This document shows positions 1-13,520 of a stretch of 60,018 nucleotides of DNA, one piece after another (within the stretch, counting starts at the first letter, position 1; each line of letters opens with the position of its first letter). A program made the position numbers and the translations under genes. Below the pieces are notes generated by a model that was not told the origin of the DNA, made no database searches, and worked only from the letters and a program-made list of their open reading frames with translations. This DNA is from Octopus bimaculoides (lineage: Eukaryota): assembly GCF_001194135.2 (NCBI RefSeq), contig NC_068988.1, positions 51,548,065 through 51,608,082 on the forward strand, given 5' to 3'.

Positions 1-3000
1 ATATATATATGGGAGAATGTACGAAAAAAACAACATGCTCCAACATGCTTCAAGTGTAGGAACAACAAGCAGATGTATTATTTTAATGCTCAGGAAAAAT
101 GGAAAAGTCTTTTACGTGTAAGTGTGTGTGTGTGTATATATAATACTATTTTATCTTAAAGTTGAGACCTTTATGCGTTTCTTTTAATACTTTATTAACA
201 AGCAGACGACAGTGGGTCAAATTTTGCCTATGAGTAAAAGGATCGCCGACCCTGCTCTACATAGTTTTTTGATCTGCTAGAAACAGAAGTCAAATCTCCA
301 TCAAATCCTACCCTATTGCCTTAAAAACACACACACATATTGAACAATGCATTCCTAAATATACATTACAAAGAAGGCGATTACATGGTCATCGCTATTT
401 TTTCAATCAAAGTTAACCTGAAGTTAAACAATACTTTCAGAAGTCCTTCGACAAATCACGTTACACTGTTTCAACTGGTAACTTTATAATTACTAAATAA
501 AACTCTACGCAGGAGTTTTAGCTGACCCATGCTAGCATGGAAGGCGGACGTTAAACGATCACGATGATGATGATGATAATTTTCACCAACCAGTTTTCAA
601 CTTCATATCATATCAATACTGCCATTGTATTGTCAGACTTCTTGAGTCTAATTATACTCTAAGAGTTACCTCCCCTACTATCAATAATTTGAAATGTCAA
701 TGTTCATCTTTTTAATGACACGAAGTCAAAGAAGGAAAAGCTACGTTCATAACACTTTTCAGAGCTTCAATGATAATCATGGCCTAGCTTTTTCGAAAAT
801 CGGGCAGCATGAGTCATGGTTGATTATCCGGCAGACTGTACCACTAAAAAATTAAAGATTATTTTTCGTTTGGCGAGCCACAAGTGACCTATGACACGCA
901 GAAGGAAGCTTTTCTTAGACTAGAAAGTTGGTTAGTTTGCTTGTCTCAGTATGGACTCTACTAAAGCCATACAAGGGTCAGCTGGTAGTGCTAGACAAAG
1001 CAACACGTTCCTGTTAATAACGTCTATTAATTTCCTTTTATTCCTGTTTATAAACCTAGTTATCCTCCGTAAGTTAAAAACAGAGGATGAAACGTTTCTT
1101 TAATAAATTCAAAGATACGAATTGTAACAAGGTTTGGACACGAAAGGTGAATTAAATTGTTTTAAATGATGAATATGAGTGACAGGAAAAATTGTATTGA
1201 TGAATGATATTTCCAGAACTATGATCAGAAGCATTTACAAATTCCAGACGTGACCCACGTTCTTTCAAAGCTGTGCCTTTGTGCATACTCATGCGTTTTG
1301 CAACTAGCACACAAAGAAAAAAATGTGCACACACAAGGTTTTTCGAATTAATTAATTCGAATTTTTTTCTTTTTCAAGTTGGAAATGATTTGTATTGATG
1401 CACTTATATTTTGCAAAGAAAGACAAAATTTGCACACAAGCAAAAATTTCTTTGCACACCAATAGAAAAAAAAATAGAGGAAACACTAGTTGTAACCATC
1501 GTGTCTATAATTAATATATGCTTTATTTAGGACTAAATTATCCAATATCCCTTTGTATGATTTGTAGGCGATTTAGCTGCTATTTGCAGTAGGTTCAGTA
1601 ACTGCATAGAGGCTCCTTTGTCAGTTCAGGTTTAATTATGATATAAGATACAGTAAAGGTGAGATTAATAATTAAGGTAAATATATTGAGATAGAATTAG
1701 TCGTGTATACTTTGATACAATGTTTACAACAAATAACATGAACTCTTTAAAAGAAAAATCAATATTTAGCAAACAAGAGCACAATGTCTGAGGGTGGCAC
1801 ATGGAATACTATCAGTTCTGTGATGGTGCATGTGGCAGCGAGACAGGTAGAATGATGAAAGTGAATTTATCAGAAGTTGTGTACAGAGTTGTCGTGGAAG
1901 ATAAACAGACTGCAAATGTGGAAGTTTTGTTGCTAGTAGTACTTCTCACAGTCATTTTAGTTGAATAAAAAGCAGAAGAATTCTACAAAGTAAGCGGGGA
2001 CCTTCTTGGGATAACTGTTTTATTTATCTCAGTAGTGCCTAATTTTGTACTTTCTGTTGGCCTAGACTAGTCAAGGGCAAACAGCAGCCTGGGATGAACT
2101 TTCTGAATGGCACACTTAACAAAAGAATGACCTTGAACTTTTTTAGTAGTGTGGTCCTCCTGATGATGAGTCGTGTCTCTTATGGCCCACTTCTTGAAAA
2201 AGGCTGCCCATGCATGACTTAGACTAATAGAAATCCTAACATTGGGTCCCTTTCTTTAATGCTGTCTCCACCAGTTTATAGCAGATTCTAAGAAATGAAA
2301 GACCAAAATTTATTGCACAAACTAATATTGTTTAATAATAGTTCATTTTTGTTGCAAGCATTTGCACCAGTTCAGAAGACAACCATTAAGTTATGCTTTC
2401 TATCTCTCCTTTTTCCCACTGGTCTTAGAGGCCCTGCAAAGTCAAAAACAAAGCTTAATAATCACTGCACCTCCTCCTCCTCCTCTGACTTAGCCATTAA
2501 CAAAAAAGGGAAATTTTAAATGAAGTAAACCAGAAGACCTGGATATAATTTAGAAGACAGGAGAATTTACTGACTGACTGTATTGTGTAAGTGGGTTGTG
2601 TTTTGATTTTCTGGTGGTCATCTTATAGGTGTTGCTGTTTGTTATTGTTTTATCCCAGGTTAGTTATAATCCAGCAGTCCTATGATCAAAGGGATTACAT
2701 CTATGATGACTTTTGCTCATATTTAGCTGTTATTTCTAGTAGGTTGAGAGGCTAAATAGAGGCTTCTCCATTTCCAATGATAGGTTATTTTCTCCAAGTG
2801 TTTTGTGCAGTGTTCTTCACCTGTACTGCTACATTTCAGCCATGATAAAACTCATTGGCGATTTGAAGCTAGTGGTTATGGACCTTGGATGTGTGAAGTT
2901 TGTGGATGAGGCCTACTTAGGAAGATGTGAGGTAAGCTGACTTATTAGGCAGCAATCAAATAAAATATGTTGAAAGCAGAGATGATAAAAGAACCATGTA

Positions 3001-3049
3001 CATCTAACATTTTTTTTTTTTTGTGGTTTTAGTTGGTTGGGAGGAATGA

Positions 3050-4242
3050 TCTGTACCCATGACCTTCACTCATAGATTCTTGAAGATTGGTTTATGGTAA
3101 AAATCTGAGTGAGAAGAGAATCCTAAAAAGTTGACATCCTAGGGAAGAATGAATGGGTGTAATAGTTAGTGAAGGGTCTGGGAAGGGATACACAGAGAAG
3201 GTGATGAGGGGATGAGAGATGAGTGTGATATCTGAGCTTAGGTAGAAGTGGTATGTAAGTAACTAGCTCTAAAGGGCAGTAAGTGCTGTAGTGGTAGAAG
3301 AGGCAGAATGAACATCTATGCATGCTGCACAGATGGAAATCTCTCTAACTCACACCCTGCCAACCCTGTGTCTCAAAGTGCCTGTGTCAACAACTTGTAC
3401 ACAGACAGCATGTCTGTGTAGAAGAGGTTAGAATGTGTTGGTGTGAGATTATTTGCCAATCAGCTAGACATTTTTTGTTTGGATGCCATCTTGAATATTT
3501 GTATGTGTAGAAGAAGTACTGTGATGGTTGTAGGAACAGTACTCTTTTACAGGGTTTCAATTTTTACTTTTTTAATGAGATTGAGTAGTTGTTCGGAGCT
3601 GAAGTAAATTTCTATCTCCAAAGAAGAGAAATTATCAGTGATTGCAAGTCCTTGCATTTGTAATGAAGTAACTTTAATGTGCATTGTGTCTTTGTCCTGT
3701 TGAAGAAAACAACATAATTGTGTTGCTATAGGAGAAATTTTTCAAGGGTTCTGTTTACGGGAACCATGCAGGTATAACATCAGTTGTCTAAGTTGCCCAT
3801 GGATGACACCTGTGTGTGTAAATTAATAAAAGAATAAAGAGTGGAATGAGAACGCTTACCTGTAGATGAGGAGTGGAAAGAGGAATGAGCTTTGCTGAGG
3901 TTACAGCAAGTAGATCATGAAATACTCAAGAGAAACAGTGTGGGTTACTTATCTGGGCCTTGATGTGCACCAGAGGTGGTCATTAGCGAATCAGAGAGAG
4001 CCCAGTTTGAGCATACTATAATAGTGGTCAGGTCACTCTCGAGGGCTGTTGGTTGCTCTTGAACACTACCAGTAACATGTAACCCAGTACAACCTGTTAC
4101 ATGGTCAGGTCATCAGCAACTAAATTGGTAACCCCACCAAGCTTGCTAAGTGAGGAGGGTGATTGTTGGACACCCTGCCGAACGAAAAGTAAGACCCGTT
4201 GAAGGATGAAAGAACTAATGAGTAGTCAACAGCCATTCAACA

Positions 4243-4292
<50 letters not shown>

Positions 4293-5150
4293 AACATATA
4301 TATATGTTGTATATTCTTAAACTTCTTTTATACTTATATTTTTATATTTGTTTTCTATATTTTGATTTATATATATATATATATAAACAATCAGTTAGCA
4401 AGTAAGCAGTATGTTCTAACAGGAATCTTCTAGCCTAAGAGACTAACATAAGATGAATCCCATTGGTAGATAGTTTGACCTGAATATTTTCATGCCAAAT
4501 ATGGTCAAAGCCTTTACTGAAGCTCAGTGCAACAACATTGCCTCCATCATATTTCTCAGGGACAACAATTGTGATTGACATAGGAGAACAGGTCCTCCAC
4601 AGATCTGGGTTATATGGAAACCATGCTTGTGGATACTGGAAATGGAGAGGAGCTCAAGACATTGGAAAAGGTGTTTGCGAACAAAGAACTATTTTCATCA
4701 TTTGGAGAACTTGGAAATGAATGTGATAGTTAGATAGGTGGCTGGGTCAGAAGAATTTCACTTCTGTAGGAATGGACATATACTATAGCATGTTTTCATA
4801 GATCATGGTATGTTTCTGGAGAAACAGAGAGACAGATTGATGGAAGGAATATTGTTAAGGGTGGTTGTTTTGTTGGTTTGGTGTAATTAGAGGTATTTTT
4901 GCACTTGGTGTGTATGTGAACATCATGTTGAAACTGATGGAATGAAGGCAAAGTATTAGAGGAGTTTGGTCAAGTATGTTTGATGTGAAGTTAGATACAA
5001 AGCAAGTGGAGACTTTCTCTAAATAATTACTACTTTTGAAGGAGTGGTAGGTAAGAGGCTTCCACAAAATTTGTAGCAATAGATCAGAAAAATTGGCTAC
5101 AGTTGGTGAGTTGATGGGGGAGGGAGAACATTTAAGATATGACATGCAAA
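3050..5150 (-). mobile_element. degraded CR1/L2/Jockey-group LINE ORF2 (RT) remnant, interrupted at about 3950-4440
   Basis: Minus-strand translations give VVALSFSKGFDHIWHE (LDISKAFDRVWH-like), SVL..LFILFIN, VFFNRTKTQC, YFSSEQLLNL, EYCS and YTHSFFPRMSTF, in the expected order and broken by stops and frameshifts. Confidence 0.65.
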
Positions 5151-5914
5151 AGGCTAGTTTTACTTTATAGATGATAATCTTTAGTTACAGTTGTAGGCAG
5201 AGTCCACCCAGTTGGTACAAGTGAATGATTGTTTTCAAACATTGTTGGCAAAGTTCAGATACATCTATAAAAATGACCAAAACATTATAAAAGGTAGTCC
5301 ATATGCTATGTATCTTAGGCAAACTGCTTATACAGGCTAAAATTTAAAGAAAATAGAATAATTGGAATATTTTATAAATCATATGACATTACAGAAGACA
5401 GTTAAATTAAAATGGTATTTGATATAAAACCTGTAAAATTTACAACTTACCAAATGAGATCCAAAGATCTTGGGGACAATGAATATAAACTACAAACAAG
5501 TCACTGAGTGACAAATTACTGCAATTTCATTGAAAACAAAGCAAGCAAAGCAACAGGTTTATTAATTTTGATTAGCTAAACCACCAGAGAAGCATTCTGA
5601 AACTGATAACATTGAAATCAGATGACAGATAGGTTAGAAAGGAGGTCATGTTTAAAAACGAATTTAATAGATACTTCCGATTAATTTTTATATCAACATT
5701 ACAATCCTTATAAGATGATATTTAGGTGAAAAATAATACCAGGGACACAAAGTGATAGTAATCAATTCTTTGTTTCTTAAACACTTACGGTAATTAGTAG
5801 CAATAAGAGCTAATATGCTTAAGAACAGAAAGCAGCACCCACTGTAGAATAAATAAGCTTGTGATGATAATGATAATTACACTTACAATTAATGCCAGTT
5901 GTGATCAGTTTGAT

Positions 5915-6110
5915 ATTGATTTCAAATTTTGGCACAAGGCCAGAAATTTGGTGGAGAAGGGGTAAATGTTCGACTGGTACTTATTTTATCAACCTCAAAA
6001 AGACAAATGGCAAAGTTGACCTCGATGAAATTTGAACTCAGAATATGCAGATGGATGAAATCCTGCTAAGCATTTTGGTCCAGCATGCTAATGATTCTGC
6101 CAGCTCATTG
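5915..6110 (-). mobile_element. SINE family 2, degraded
   Basis: Reverse complement of family 2 motifs (GCAAAGTTGACCTC, TTTGAACTCAGAAT, TTCTGCCAGCTC). Confidence 0.7.
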
Positions 6111-7519
6111 TCTAACTAGTGGTCAGTTTTAATATTGGCCAAAGTTTTCTGGTGCATATGTTCTATTTTCTGATTTCTGTGAAACTGGTTGAGTAAAGGA
6201 AATAAATAAATAAGCTATTTGAAACTTTGATTAATTAAAAGTAGATTAATTATTTTAAAAAGATAAATAACATGAAATAAGGTCCTTCAAAAGCAACACA
6301 AAAGTGTTGTTAATTTCACAAAACTAAATAGTATCACAAAAGTTGTTGCAATAGAGGAAGACAGATGAAAGAAAATGGGGGGAGAAAATGGTTGGAATAA
6401 CATCAGTTGAAATATTCAGATATCAATAGAAAGGATTTTTAACAAAAATCGTTTTTAAAGTAAACATTATTGCATTACAGTGAGAGACAGAGACAGACAG
6501 AGCAGTGGGGAAGCTCAATGTTTTAACCAAGTAGTAATGTATAAGCGAGTGGATGTTTTATAAGCATTGATGATAGTTTCCAGATAGGTCTATTTTACTT
6601 TGTGTTAAATTTAGTTAACCTATAAACGAATCACCAACAATCCTATAGAGCTGGTACACCCCTCTGCTTTCTGCTGAATGAAGCACAAATCTTTCCATGA
6701 ATATGGTCCTTATCTATTAATTTTTCCCAGTAAATCCAAATTCACAGGAAGGTAAACTGAGGCACACAATTATAATTAATTATACATATAATCATAATAT
6801 ATTATAATGAATTACATGTATATAATTAAATGTCCTACTTAGACACTTGAGATTAATTTGAATTGATAACTCATGCAACATTATTCAAATACCTTAGTTT
6901 TTCAAGTCATTTTACCTCAACCCATTCTACTTTACATAACCACTACCAGATTAATAATGAAATTTAGCGAATCATTATCTACAAAGGAGCATTTGTAGAG
7001 CTGCTTTTTCTGCAAAATCTCCTTCAAATTACAGCCAAATATTTTAAATAAAGAAGGACACTTCGAACAATGTAATCTGTAGTGGCGCGAAATTAAAGTT
7101 AACCAGCGGCTACCAGGCTGAATTATACAGGTTTTTGTAAAGCCAAGCATCACCAAAATAAAACTTATTTTTATTATGTTTTTAATTGTTCTACTGTTTC
7201 CAAATAAATAATTTTGCTAAAAGGTGATAAAGAGAGACTAATGTCTCTATTGTTACTATCAACCTTTTACAAATCCATGTTAAACAAAGGATTGTCACAG
7301 CTGCAATACTTTTAATCAAAGATCTGCTTGATCAGAGCTGACTTGAGACTAAACAACAACAGCAACAACAATACAAAGGAATGGCTTCTTAAGATTTGTG
7401 TATCTTCAATATAAACATCAATAGCCTCAATCCTGGTTGTTGTCTTCCAATTTAGTCAGACACAAATATCAATAAAATTACAACTTGATTGAAATAATTG
7501 GCACTTTGTCAGATATAAC

Positions 7520-7790
7520 AATGAGGGTCCCAGTTGATCTGATCAACAGAACAGCCTGCTCATGAAATTAACATGCAAGTGGCTGAACACTCCACAGACA
7601 TGTACCCTTAATGTGATTCTTAGGGAGTTTCACCATGATACAGTTTGTGACAAGCCTGGCCCTATAAAACATAGGTATTTCTTATTTTTACCAACTGAGT
7701 GAACTGGAGCAATGTGAAATAAAGTGTCTTGCTCAAGGGTACAACATACTGAATGTTGGAGTCGAACTCATGGCTATATAATCTCTTGTG
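7520..7790 (-). mobile_element. SINE sharing the family 4 3' domain but with a different central domain
   Basis: 7520-7660 matches 33385-33525; 7670-7745 is instead CCCTTGAGCAAGACACTTTATTTCACATTGCTCCAG on the minus strand. Confidence 0.65.
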
Positions 7791-8004
7791 ATACAAACTA
7801 TGAGACATTTTTGATAGTATATAATCATCATAGTTTTAATGTCCACTTTATCATTGTTTAATGGGCTGGATATGGTTGATTGAGGAAGATTTTTTGTACA
7901 GCCAGATACCTTTCTTTCCATTAACTCTTCCTTGTTTCCAACAAAGGTGATATTTTGTTGTGACCAGATATGTATTCACAGAATATTGGAAACAAATTAC
8001 TCCA

Positions 8005-8245
8005 CATAAAAAAGCACCCAGTACACTTTGTAAAGAGGTTGGCATCAGGAAGGGCATCCAGCCATAGAAACCATGCCAAACCAGACAAACAAAGCCTCAT
8101 GTAGCTCTCTGACTTGCTAGATCCTGTCAACCCATCCATTGCATATCAACATGCAAAACAGACATATAATGATGATGACGATGATGATGGCAATGACAAT
8201 GATGAAAGTGACAATGATGACGAGAGCAATGACGATGATGACAAT
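8005..8245 (+). mobile_element. family 3 repeat
   Basis: GGTTGGCATCAGGAAGGGCATCCAGCCATAGAAACC, then a degenerate (GAT)n tail. Confidence 0.7.
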
Positions 8246-9086
8246 GTGTGTGTTTGTCTGTGTGTATGTATATAGTAGGTTGCTTTCTGTGTCTGCCTAC
8301 CAAATATTTCATGCAGCCTTTTAAAAAGCATTTCTGCTACACCCACTTAAAATGTTATAAAACAGTTAAGTTTTCTTCCTAACTCTGTTGGTTCTGTGTC
8401 AAGTAGAAAAAAAAAGGAAAAAAAAAGAGAAGGCAAAATTCTATCTATATTGAATTTCTACTTTATTCCTAATAACAAATTCTCATATGAAGTTCTGCAG
8501 AAATGAGCACACAAGTTTTTCTTTCTTTATTTCTTTATTTACTTATTTATTTAAGATGCTAATAGTACATACATATACTAATGCCACTAAAATCCCACCA
8601 GTCCCACAAACCTTCCAGTCAACACAATGGAAGAAAACAAAAGGAAAGGAAGAAATCTAAGGACTACAATTGTTTTTCACAAAAGCCAAAGAAACATATA
8701 TTTCAAATAAGTAATGGTTCTCTAGAGTTAAAAGCAGACAGCTGCTGCAAATCATAGACTATCACCATTTCATGAAGCTGATGAGTGGAGAGATATATTT
8801 TAAAGGCAATTGTGAAAACTGGTAGAGTTTAGACAAGAGAAAAAGATCAGTTAAAACAGACAAGTTCTGAAATAACTCTTTGAACAAATTATCTTGTTTG
8901 ACATGTTTTCTTTTCTCGTTTTTATTGGAACCACCTGGGTCCCTAAATAAGGATGCATGTTAAAGTATTACACGCACGCACGCACGCACTCACACACACA
9001 CACACACACACACACATGCAAACACACACACAAACACATTGATATTTCCAGGCTTTTATTTATATAGCTTATATATCAACATCATC

Positions 9087-9097
9087 TTCATCAGCAG

Positions 9098-9136
<39 letters not shown>

Positions 9137-9400
9137 TTAACAAATGCCTTCCATGCTGGCATGGGTTGGACAGTTAGAAGACTACACGGGGCTACTGTAT
9201 CTGTTTTGGCAGGGGCTTTACAGCTGGATACCCTTCCTAACACCACCCCCCCCCAGAATGGATGGCATGCTTTTATGTGGCACCAACACATACAAGGTCA
9301 GTTTTGGTATGGTTTTTTTCAGCTGGATACCCTTCCAAATACCAACCACTTTGCAGTGTGGACTGAGTACATTTTTGTGGCACCAGCACCAGCAGGGTCA
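9087..9400 (-). mobile_element. family 3 repeat
   Basis: (CAT)n tail, then CCATGCTGGCATGGGTTGG and two CAGCTGGATACCCTTCC cores. Confidence 0.7.
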
Positions 9401-9797
9401 CCAAGTAACCTGCCAAAATTTGAAACCATTATTTCTAATGGATTAAATCTAAAAATGAATGAATATTAGATGAGTTATCAGCTGTTAAATTGTGCATACA
9501 TTTTGGGGACACCCTGTATACATGTATGTATAGCTGAAGGAGTATTCAATGAGGACCATATGGCTTTGGTTGAAAAAAATAGTCAGAAAAATTTCTTATT
9601 AACGATGAAGAGTGTCAGATATTCATCTATAATTGGAGTAAATTTCAGTTAAACTCCTACCCACAAACAGGCACTGAAAATACAGATGGGCAGAATAAAA
9701 TGCTATTTATAGGTATGCAGTGTACAATGGTTGCCAGCTAGAATTTCATTGTTAGAAATGGGAAGAAGTAGATGAAGAAGCATATAACAGAGAACTA

Positions 9798-9903
9798 TAT
9801 TGTATTGTATTGTAGAATTGTAGAATTGTATCGTATTGTATTGTATTGTATTGTAGAATTGTAGAATTGTATTGTATTGTATTGTATTGTATTGTATTGT
9901 ATT
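9798..9903 (+). repeat. (ATTGT)n pentanucleotide repeat with AGA interruptions
   Basis: Read directly from the sequence. Confidence 0.9.
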
Positions 9904-9960
9904 ATATCATATTAAACTGGAGTGAAAAAATGATGAGACATGTTCGTGTGACTTTTTATT

Positions 9961-10247
9961 TTTATTTTCTTTTGTTCTTTTGCTTGTTTCAGTCTGTGGC
10001 CATGCAGAGCATTTCTTTGAAGAATTTTTAGCTGAATGAAATGATCCTAGTACTTGTATTTTTTAAAATCCTGGTACCTATTCTATCAGTCTCTTTTGCC
10101 GAACTGCTAAATTATAGGGACATAAACACACCAACACTAGGTGTCAAGCAGTAGTGGGAGACAAAGACACAAAGGCACACATGCACACACGCACACACGC
10201 ACACACACACACACACAAACATACACACACACACACATACATACACA

Positions 10248-10340
<93 letters not shown>

Positions 10341-10492
10341 GGCTTCTTTCAGTTTCCGTCTACCAAATCCATTTACAAGGCTTTGGTCAACTCAAGGCTA
10401 TAGTAGAAGATACACGCCCAAGATTCCATGCAGTGGGACTGAACCCAGAACCATGTCGTTGGGAAGCAAGCTTCTTACCATACAACTATGCC
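9961..10492 (-). mobile_element. tRNA-derived SINE family 1, near full length with internal (TG)n
   Basis: Head GGCATAGTTGTATGGTAAGAAG...GGGTTCAGTCCC, body GTAGACGGAAACTGAAAGAAGCCC, long CA/TG tract at about 10168-10334, and a 3' part shared with other copies. Confidence 0.8.
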
Positions 10493-11887
10493 TTTATTTA
10501 TCTATTTATTTATTTATTTATTTATTTATATATTTATTTGTAAGTGGGGTCTGGATAAAGAAGCTGTGTTCATGCGCTTTATACAAATCTTCCTGAACAG
10601 CAAATGGTTGCTGTTCTTGAATTGTAAGTTAACAGGAAAAACATTAGTAAGAAGTCACTTCTCGGGGAGTCAGCATATTGGGGAAGAAGGATCGGGTACA
10701 GTGGATTGTGAGGTGCATGGGAGTGGGGAGGCATCAGGTTAGGGATTAACACTTTGCTTACCATGGGAATCACCTGAGACTCGCTATGCTATGTTCTTAT
10801 TATACCATGAGAGTCATCAATGATTTCCCACACTATATTCTTAATACTCTATCGGAGTCATGGTGACTCCCAGTGGTGATGCTTTTTTATGAAACCACAT
10901 CATTCAAATTTTAGGAAATGTGCTGAACACAGATATCAGAAGGATGCATGTCTCTGTCATTGGACTGCTTCCCCCAATAAAATAACTTTGGGGAAAAAGA
11001 AGTCATTACGGCTTACATAATATAATCTAAAATATAATCTGTAGAAAAAAAAGTCATAAATAAATGAAAAAATGTATAAATGGAGATATATTCAACACTA
11101 ACACTTTTTAACATGTGTATCACTGGTCACTCCCAAAGCACAGAATGAATATAATGTTTGTTCTCTACTGAAGCAGTCATTGATGATACCCATGCTATAA
11201 ATCAGTGTGATAGTTTATTTATTGAAGTAGATCATAGATATAGTTAAAAAATTCAAAAATGCATAATTTATAACAAAATTAGACTGCTGAGCGAAAGAAA
11301 TTATAGCACAAAATAGGCTTGGGAAGGCAAAGTGTTAAAGGATGAGAGATAAATTTGTTTGTAGGGCCTAACTGGAGGGGATATGAGACCAGATGGTTTC
11401 AAAGAGAAGAGGTCGCTGTAGTAAAAGAAGAAAAGACAGAGTGAGAAGATAGCATGTCTCTGGGCTAGAAGTTAGAGTGGAGCTGAGGAGTGATTACAGC
11501 ATTTGTTAAAGCTTTAAATCTTCACCTCTCTTGTTTATATGATGGCTGTTGAGATGGCTGAAAATAATAAAAATAATGATAACTTTGAATGCCACATATC
11601 AAACAAAACAAGATGGAGAGGGAGATAAGAAGAGCTACAGCCACAAAGTTAAAATAAGTGATAAAAATTTGGAGATTTATTATTTTATATCATGTATTTT
11701 GTGAACAATGATGTGATTCATTATACAGTTCCAACAGATCAATCACAGGTTCACTGCATTTTCTATAACAAGGGTGTGTCTGTGCAATTTGATAGAATGA
11801 ATACTGCAAGGTGTTTTCTACTAAAATGCACTGGTTTATCTATTTTCTCAAAATTTACATCTTTCTTCAGTACACTGTGGCAAAAGA

Positions 11888-11929
<42 letters not shown>

Positions 11930-12186
11930 AGGTTTCCACATTGTTTCCATCTACATATTTCAATCAGAAAGTGCTGAACAACCCAAGGCTATGGTAAAAC
12001 ACTCAAGGTGCCACAGTGAAGGCTTGAACCCGGAACCAACCATGCAGATGCAAAATCAGCTTCTTTATCACACAGCCCTGCCTATTTATGGGTCAAGTTC
12101 TATCAGGGTAGGTTGGTAAAATAGTTTATCACACACAATATCAGAATACATACAAGATCATGTGTGGTGTAAGTGATGAGTTAGAC

Positions 12187-12547
12187 CAGTGTTTCTCAGC
12201 CTTTTTACCCTTTTGTAATCCTTAAAATAAATTACATGTCTCAAGGAACCCCAGCACAAAAAAATTATTTACCATATCCTTCTCTTTTTTTTTTTTATCA
12301 TCGTAGTTCATGTGGTAAATATCATATATATATTTCATATAAGGTTGTTATATTTTTTTTATAACATAATAGGTTAGATAGGATGATGTCTATATTACAA
12401 TATTACAATAATCAATAATATGTTGTGCATGTATGGTAATATTATGATCGTGAAATTAGCATTAGCTTATCTCACTCTTTCTTGGGAAACCCCTAGGAAC
12501 CTTTAGCGGACTCTGGGGTTCCGGGGAACTCCAGTTGAAAAATGTTG
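12187..12547. mobile_element. hAT (Charlie-like) non-autonomous element, degraded
   Basis: Left end CAGTGTTTCTCA, degenerate right end GTTGAAAAATGTTG, subterminal GGAACCCC/GGGGTTCC motifs. Confidence 0.45.
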
Positions 12548-12816
12548 CTCTAACCAGATGATGACAAGTCTTAAAAGTCCACACTGAATTAAAATCTATT
12601 CAAATAAGGAATCAAGAAAGCCTCTATATGGAGGCTTAGCCTGCTAAAAATAGCAGTTAAACAACTCTCAAATCACATGCTACACTCTTAAAAAACAAAA
12701 GGCACTTCAGATAATGTTTTTTGTAAGTAGAATATTAACAGTATCAGTCTCAGAGGGCCTGTAAAAACCATGGGCACTGACCCTTCTTACAAACTAATCG
12801 AATAAAAAAAATTTTA

Positions 12817-13000
12817 GGCGTGGTTGTGTGGTAAGAAACTTGCTTCCAAACCATATGGTTCTGGGTTCAGTCCCACTGTGTGACACCTTGGGCAAGTGTC
12901 TTCTACTATAGCCTCAGGGTGACCAAAGCCTTATGAGTGGATTTGGTAGATGAAAACTGAAAGAATTCCATCGTATGTACATGTATGTGTGTATCTCTAT
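12817..13000 (+). mobile_element. SINE family 1, 5' part running into a gap
   Basis: GGCGTGGTTGTGTGGTAAGAA...GGGTTCAGTCCCACTG...CCTTGGGCAAGTGTCTTCTACTATAGCC. Confidence 0.8.
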
Positions 13001-13388
13001 NNNNNNNNNNNNNNNNNNNNNNNNNNNNNNNNNNNNNNNNNNNNNNNNNNNNNNNNNNNNNNNNNNNNNNNNNNNNNNNNNNNNNNNNNNNNNNNNNNNN
13101 NNNNNNNNNNNNNNNNNNNNNNNNNNNNNNNNNNNNNNNNNNNNNNNNNNNNNNNNNNNNNNNNNNNNNNNNNNNNNNNNNNNNNNNNNNNNNNNNNNNN
13201 NNNNNNNNNNNNNNNNNNNNNNNNNNNNNNNNNNNNNNNNNNNNNNNNNNNNNNNNNNNNNNNNNNNNNNNAGAGAATAAAAGAAAAATAATCCCGGATA
13301 CAATGTGTCTGATAAAAAAAACAAAATGGTCATCTTATGTCTGTTTTTTCTGGCTGACCTAGACTAAGTAACAGATCTATTGTATTAT

Positions 13389-13520
13389 GGTGGTGGTGGT
13401 GGTTTTGCTACTGCTGCTGCTGCTACTGCTGCTGCTGTTGCTACTGCTGTTGCTGCTGCTGTTGCTGCTGCTGTTGCTGCTGCTGTTGCTGCTGCAGGTG
13501 ATGGTGGTGGCAGTGGTGGT
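13389..13520 (+). repeat. (GGT)n/(GCT)n/(GTT)n trinucleotide repeat
   Basis: Read directly from the sequence. Confidence 0.9.

Noticed and set aside
1050-1105. Second possible hammerhead: ATCCTC...GAGGAT stem followed by GAAACGTT
   Set aside because: No CUGANGA core upstream of the stem (reads CTAGTT) and no stem I pairing.
1780-2300. LINE endonuclease fragment on the minus strand
   Set aside because: Only vague resemblance (TEIN...VPAYF); too degraded to call without a profile search.
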